Assembly: GCA_013265495.1 (NCBI GenBank)
Contig: MU058337.1
Location: 7,050,716-7,114,715, forward strand
Direction: 5' to 3'
From: Vicugna vicugna
Lineage: Eukaryota
DNA length: 64,000 nucleotides
Both the position numbers and the translations under genes were made by a program. Of the stretch, positions 61,091-64,000 are shown one piece after another. Positions within the stretch are counted from its first letter, which is position 1. Each line of letters begins with the position of its first letter. Below the pieces are notes generated by a model. That model was not told the DNA's origin and made no database searches. It saw only the letters and a program-made list of their open reading frames with translations.

Positions 61091-63089
61091 TCCAAAAACT
61101 GTCTAGTCTCAAACAACCCTCTAAATTAAAAACCAGGCATGAGAAAGGAGGATAATATATTGAGTGATTTTTATACTTATATATTAAAATAATTTTAACA
61201 AAAATAAGTATCCTGAAGGAAAGGAGAAAAAAAACAGTTGGTTATCACATGATATTAACAGTTCAGCTGTCTCTCCACCTTGAAATGCCTGGACCAGTGG
61301 TGATTCTATCTTTTATTCTGAAACATGAGCCTGTTCCTCAGGCAGAAGGGCTCACATGCTCGTAGATTTGAACTCCTCACTTCAAAGAGAGTTTTGACAG
61401 GGTTGTTCCCTGAGAAGAGGCTTGAACACATTGTCCCCTTGGAGAAACCACCCTTGTCCCCTCACTGCCCGTTCAGTCCCCCAGAGTACAGCACTTTGTT
61501 TAGACAAGGAAAGCAGTGATGGTAAGGATGACTCAGGATTTGGAAGTAAACAGTGCTTGTACCCTGTCCTCATGGCTGATAACGTGAAATTCAGGTTTCC
61601 TCATCAGATTGAGTAATAGGCTGGAATCGTCTGGACAGTCCAGGGAACGAGCCCTTGTCAGCAAGGGCGGACTTGATTAGGGAAATGTGTGAATGGCACC
61701 CACTCTGAGTGGTAACTGAACATGTGACAGGGATGACTTTATCAGTTATTTTCAGAGTATGGATTTTCCACCCTGTCCTTGAAACATAAAGTGGGTAAAT
61801 CTTTAACAAGGTCCGGAGTACATGGCGATATGTAATGATTAGAATGTGACACGGGGTTGTAAAGTCTCAAGTAAGCCCTGCACATAAAAATGGAAACTAG
61901 CCAAAAATAATGTGTTCCAGAAGCCACGAAAATAGGAATTGCCATGTACAGTTTTTGCTTTAGCTCTCAAGATGTTTCAAGAAAAAGAGAAAGTCACATA
62001 TTTCTGCCAGAGGACTTTTGGGGAAAGCTGACAGGAATAGGTGTAGAACAAGAGCTTAAAAAGAAAAAAACAAAGCACTGCCCTTTTAATCTGCATTACT
62101 AGATGTGTTTAAATGCCTGAGATGCTCTCCCCACGTGATTCTAAAGGCGCTACCTAAAAAGGCACAGTTCTTCCGGCTGGAGGCCGCAGATGAGTTTTTG
62201 TTGGTAGCAGTCCATCTCCCCTGACGGATCTGAGAGCGGACTCTCTCCGAGCTGCTTTTGATTAAAGAGAAACATTCCATTCCTGTTTGCATTTTGTTTC
62301 ACGAATTGGAGCCGATGCAGATGGAAGGACTCTAAGTTCCCTATAGTGTCAAAATTCCATGCAGCTTGTGTGTTTTTGAGATTCCCCCCTCATTATCCCA
62401 TACAGTCAGAAGGAAATAGCGCACTTGGGAAATTGAAGAAAGTCTAAGATAGGGGCTACTTTGAGAAGTTTGGTCAGGGTTTAGGAAAACCAGTGAGGAA
62501 TACTGCAGAACCCTTGAGGTTGGTAACAGCTGGGTTGCCACCCCTCAGCCTGTGGGCTGAGGGAGGAGAGAGAGAGAAACTATACAGAGTGCCCACCTGC
62601 CTGGGCCTGTGGGCTTTGGACAGGGGGCCTCAATTCGGGCACCTGGGCAGGGAGGAGGCAGTGAGCAGCCCCCCACCTTCACTCTCCTCCCGCCCGCCAG
62701 CCTCCTGCTTAGCCTCCACAGCTGAGCCTAGCATGCAGGTCGGTGGTCCTGGTGCCTCGGCCCCCACAGCACAGAGCGAGGGAGGATGGGGCAAGAGGGA
62801 CTCTAGCGGGGAAATGGAAAACACAGTCCATCCTCAGTATTTGCCCGGTTGCTAAAATGTCTCTGTAACCCCTAAGTCAGTACCCACTGAGGCACTTTTC
62901 CTGTCCTTTGGGGACAGGATAGAGTGGCAAAAAATTGGAACCCAGACATTCCCAGCTAAGGCTGAACAGCAACACTCTGCTGTCTTGTTTCAGCTCCTGC
63001 TGTGAACAGGGGTCCTTCTCTGGCCCCCAAGTATGGTGCTGAGGTGCTGAGCACAGGAAGGTGGTGATGTGCCTCACAGAGGACATACT

Positions 63090-63350
63090 TGCTAGATAAG
63101 GTTCATTCAGGCAGGAGTTACAGTGCTCTGGGTCATGAATGCAATGTTAATGAATCAACAATATGTACTTAATCAGGTGTCCTTAAACACAGACACACAT
63201 AAAGCAAGGTTATATACTCATCAGTTGTCAAAAATTTTGTTACCAGAGGTTTTCTGGAACCTAAGCCTGTATTTCCCCTTGGAGGGGTGGCTCAGTATTC
63301 ACAAATTCAGTGTTTGCGTTGACCTGAGATCATAAAACAATGACGATCAC
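63090..63350. mobile_element. TcMar-Tigger-type MER fragment
   Basis: aatgaatcaacaatat…cacacataaagcaaggttat…ggaacctaagcctgtatttcccct recalled as a Tigger-derived MER; subfamily uncertain. Confidence 0.45.
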
Positions 63351-64000
63351 TGTATGTGGCCCACTTACCTATTGTCTCCTAGAAAAACAACTGTCACGGT
63401 TCATACAGTGAATATGTGAAATTGACCAGACAAGTCTGACTTACATTAGCCAAGCTGTGTCTATTCAGAAACTGCTGCCAGTAACAAACCTAAAATGTTT
63501 ATACCTACAGAACATGCTAAGAAAGAGTTTTCAACAGAACACATTCTAGGATTTGTCTGTTTACATCTTATCCAAGCTTGGTGATTGTCAGTAACCCCGT
63601 AGTCGTCAAGCATCCACTTTTCCTTGACCGAGCATGCTCTCAGGACCATAAAAGTTATGTAACATATCTTTCCTTTTATGTTTCTCCGAAACGATATTAG
63701 TAGGGAGCGTGGCCATGGAACTTATCTAATTGCTCTGTCCTTGGCTCAAACCAGACACGTGGCCCTGCTTCACGTTGCAGATATTTCCTAAGCTCCCCTG
63801 TGCTGGAGAGACAAGGATGGTCCCTGCCCCAGCACATGACGCTGCTTTGATGCTTTCTTCCCATTGAGGAAAGATACCTAAACCACGGTCCCTTAGGATC
63901 TGAATTGGAAGTTGTCTGAGTTCTTTGTTGACTTGGAAATATTTATGTTTACATGCGTTGATTCATTCCATAAACTCGCTATGGGCCATGTGTCTGCTCA

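Noticed and set aside
1..64000. CRISPR arrays, operons, rRNA or other prokaryote-type systems; nested intronic genes
   Set aside because: The sequence is a spliced mammalian gene; I saw no repeat-spacer arrays, rRNA, snoRNA or miRNA signatures, or long nested ORFs that I could support.

Overview
This is mammalian genomic DNA lying entirely inside one gene, DOCK9 (Zizimin1, a DOCK-D family Cdc42 GEF), on the + strand. I traced 31 internal coding exons (750-59652). All have GT-AG boundaries and matching phases, and they splice into one open frame running from just before the DHR-1/C2 domain (…PEKMAKLPVILG…) to the start of the DHR-2 GEF domain (…MQDVHFNE). Neither the start nor the stop codon is in the window. 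Three young tRNA-derived SINEs resemble the camelid Vic-1 family, so the host is probably a camel, alpaca or llama (inference). The introns also hold MaLR LTRs, L1, MIR and hAT/Tigger relics. The most interesting signals are hidden splicing modules: (1) a CpG-rich, frame-preserving 204-nt (68-aa) candidate cassette exon at 30957-31160; (2) a mutually exclusive exon pair at 39862-39998 / 40546-40589, with an internal alternative acceptor and QKI/RBFOX motifs; (3) a 42-nt in-frame cassette exon at 20116-20157; (4) a cassette exon at 58104-58181 whose 5' splice site appears lost; and (5) an intronic stop plus poly(A) signal after 25908 that would give a DOCK9 lacking the GEF domain. Comparisons with human/mouse DOCK9 and repeat family names come from memory, not from a search. 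Repeat coordinates are approximate.
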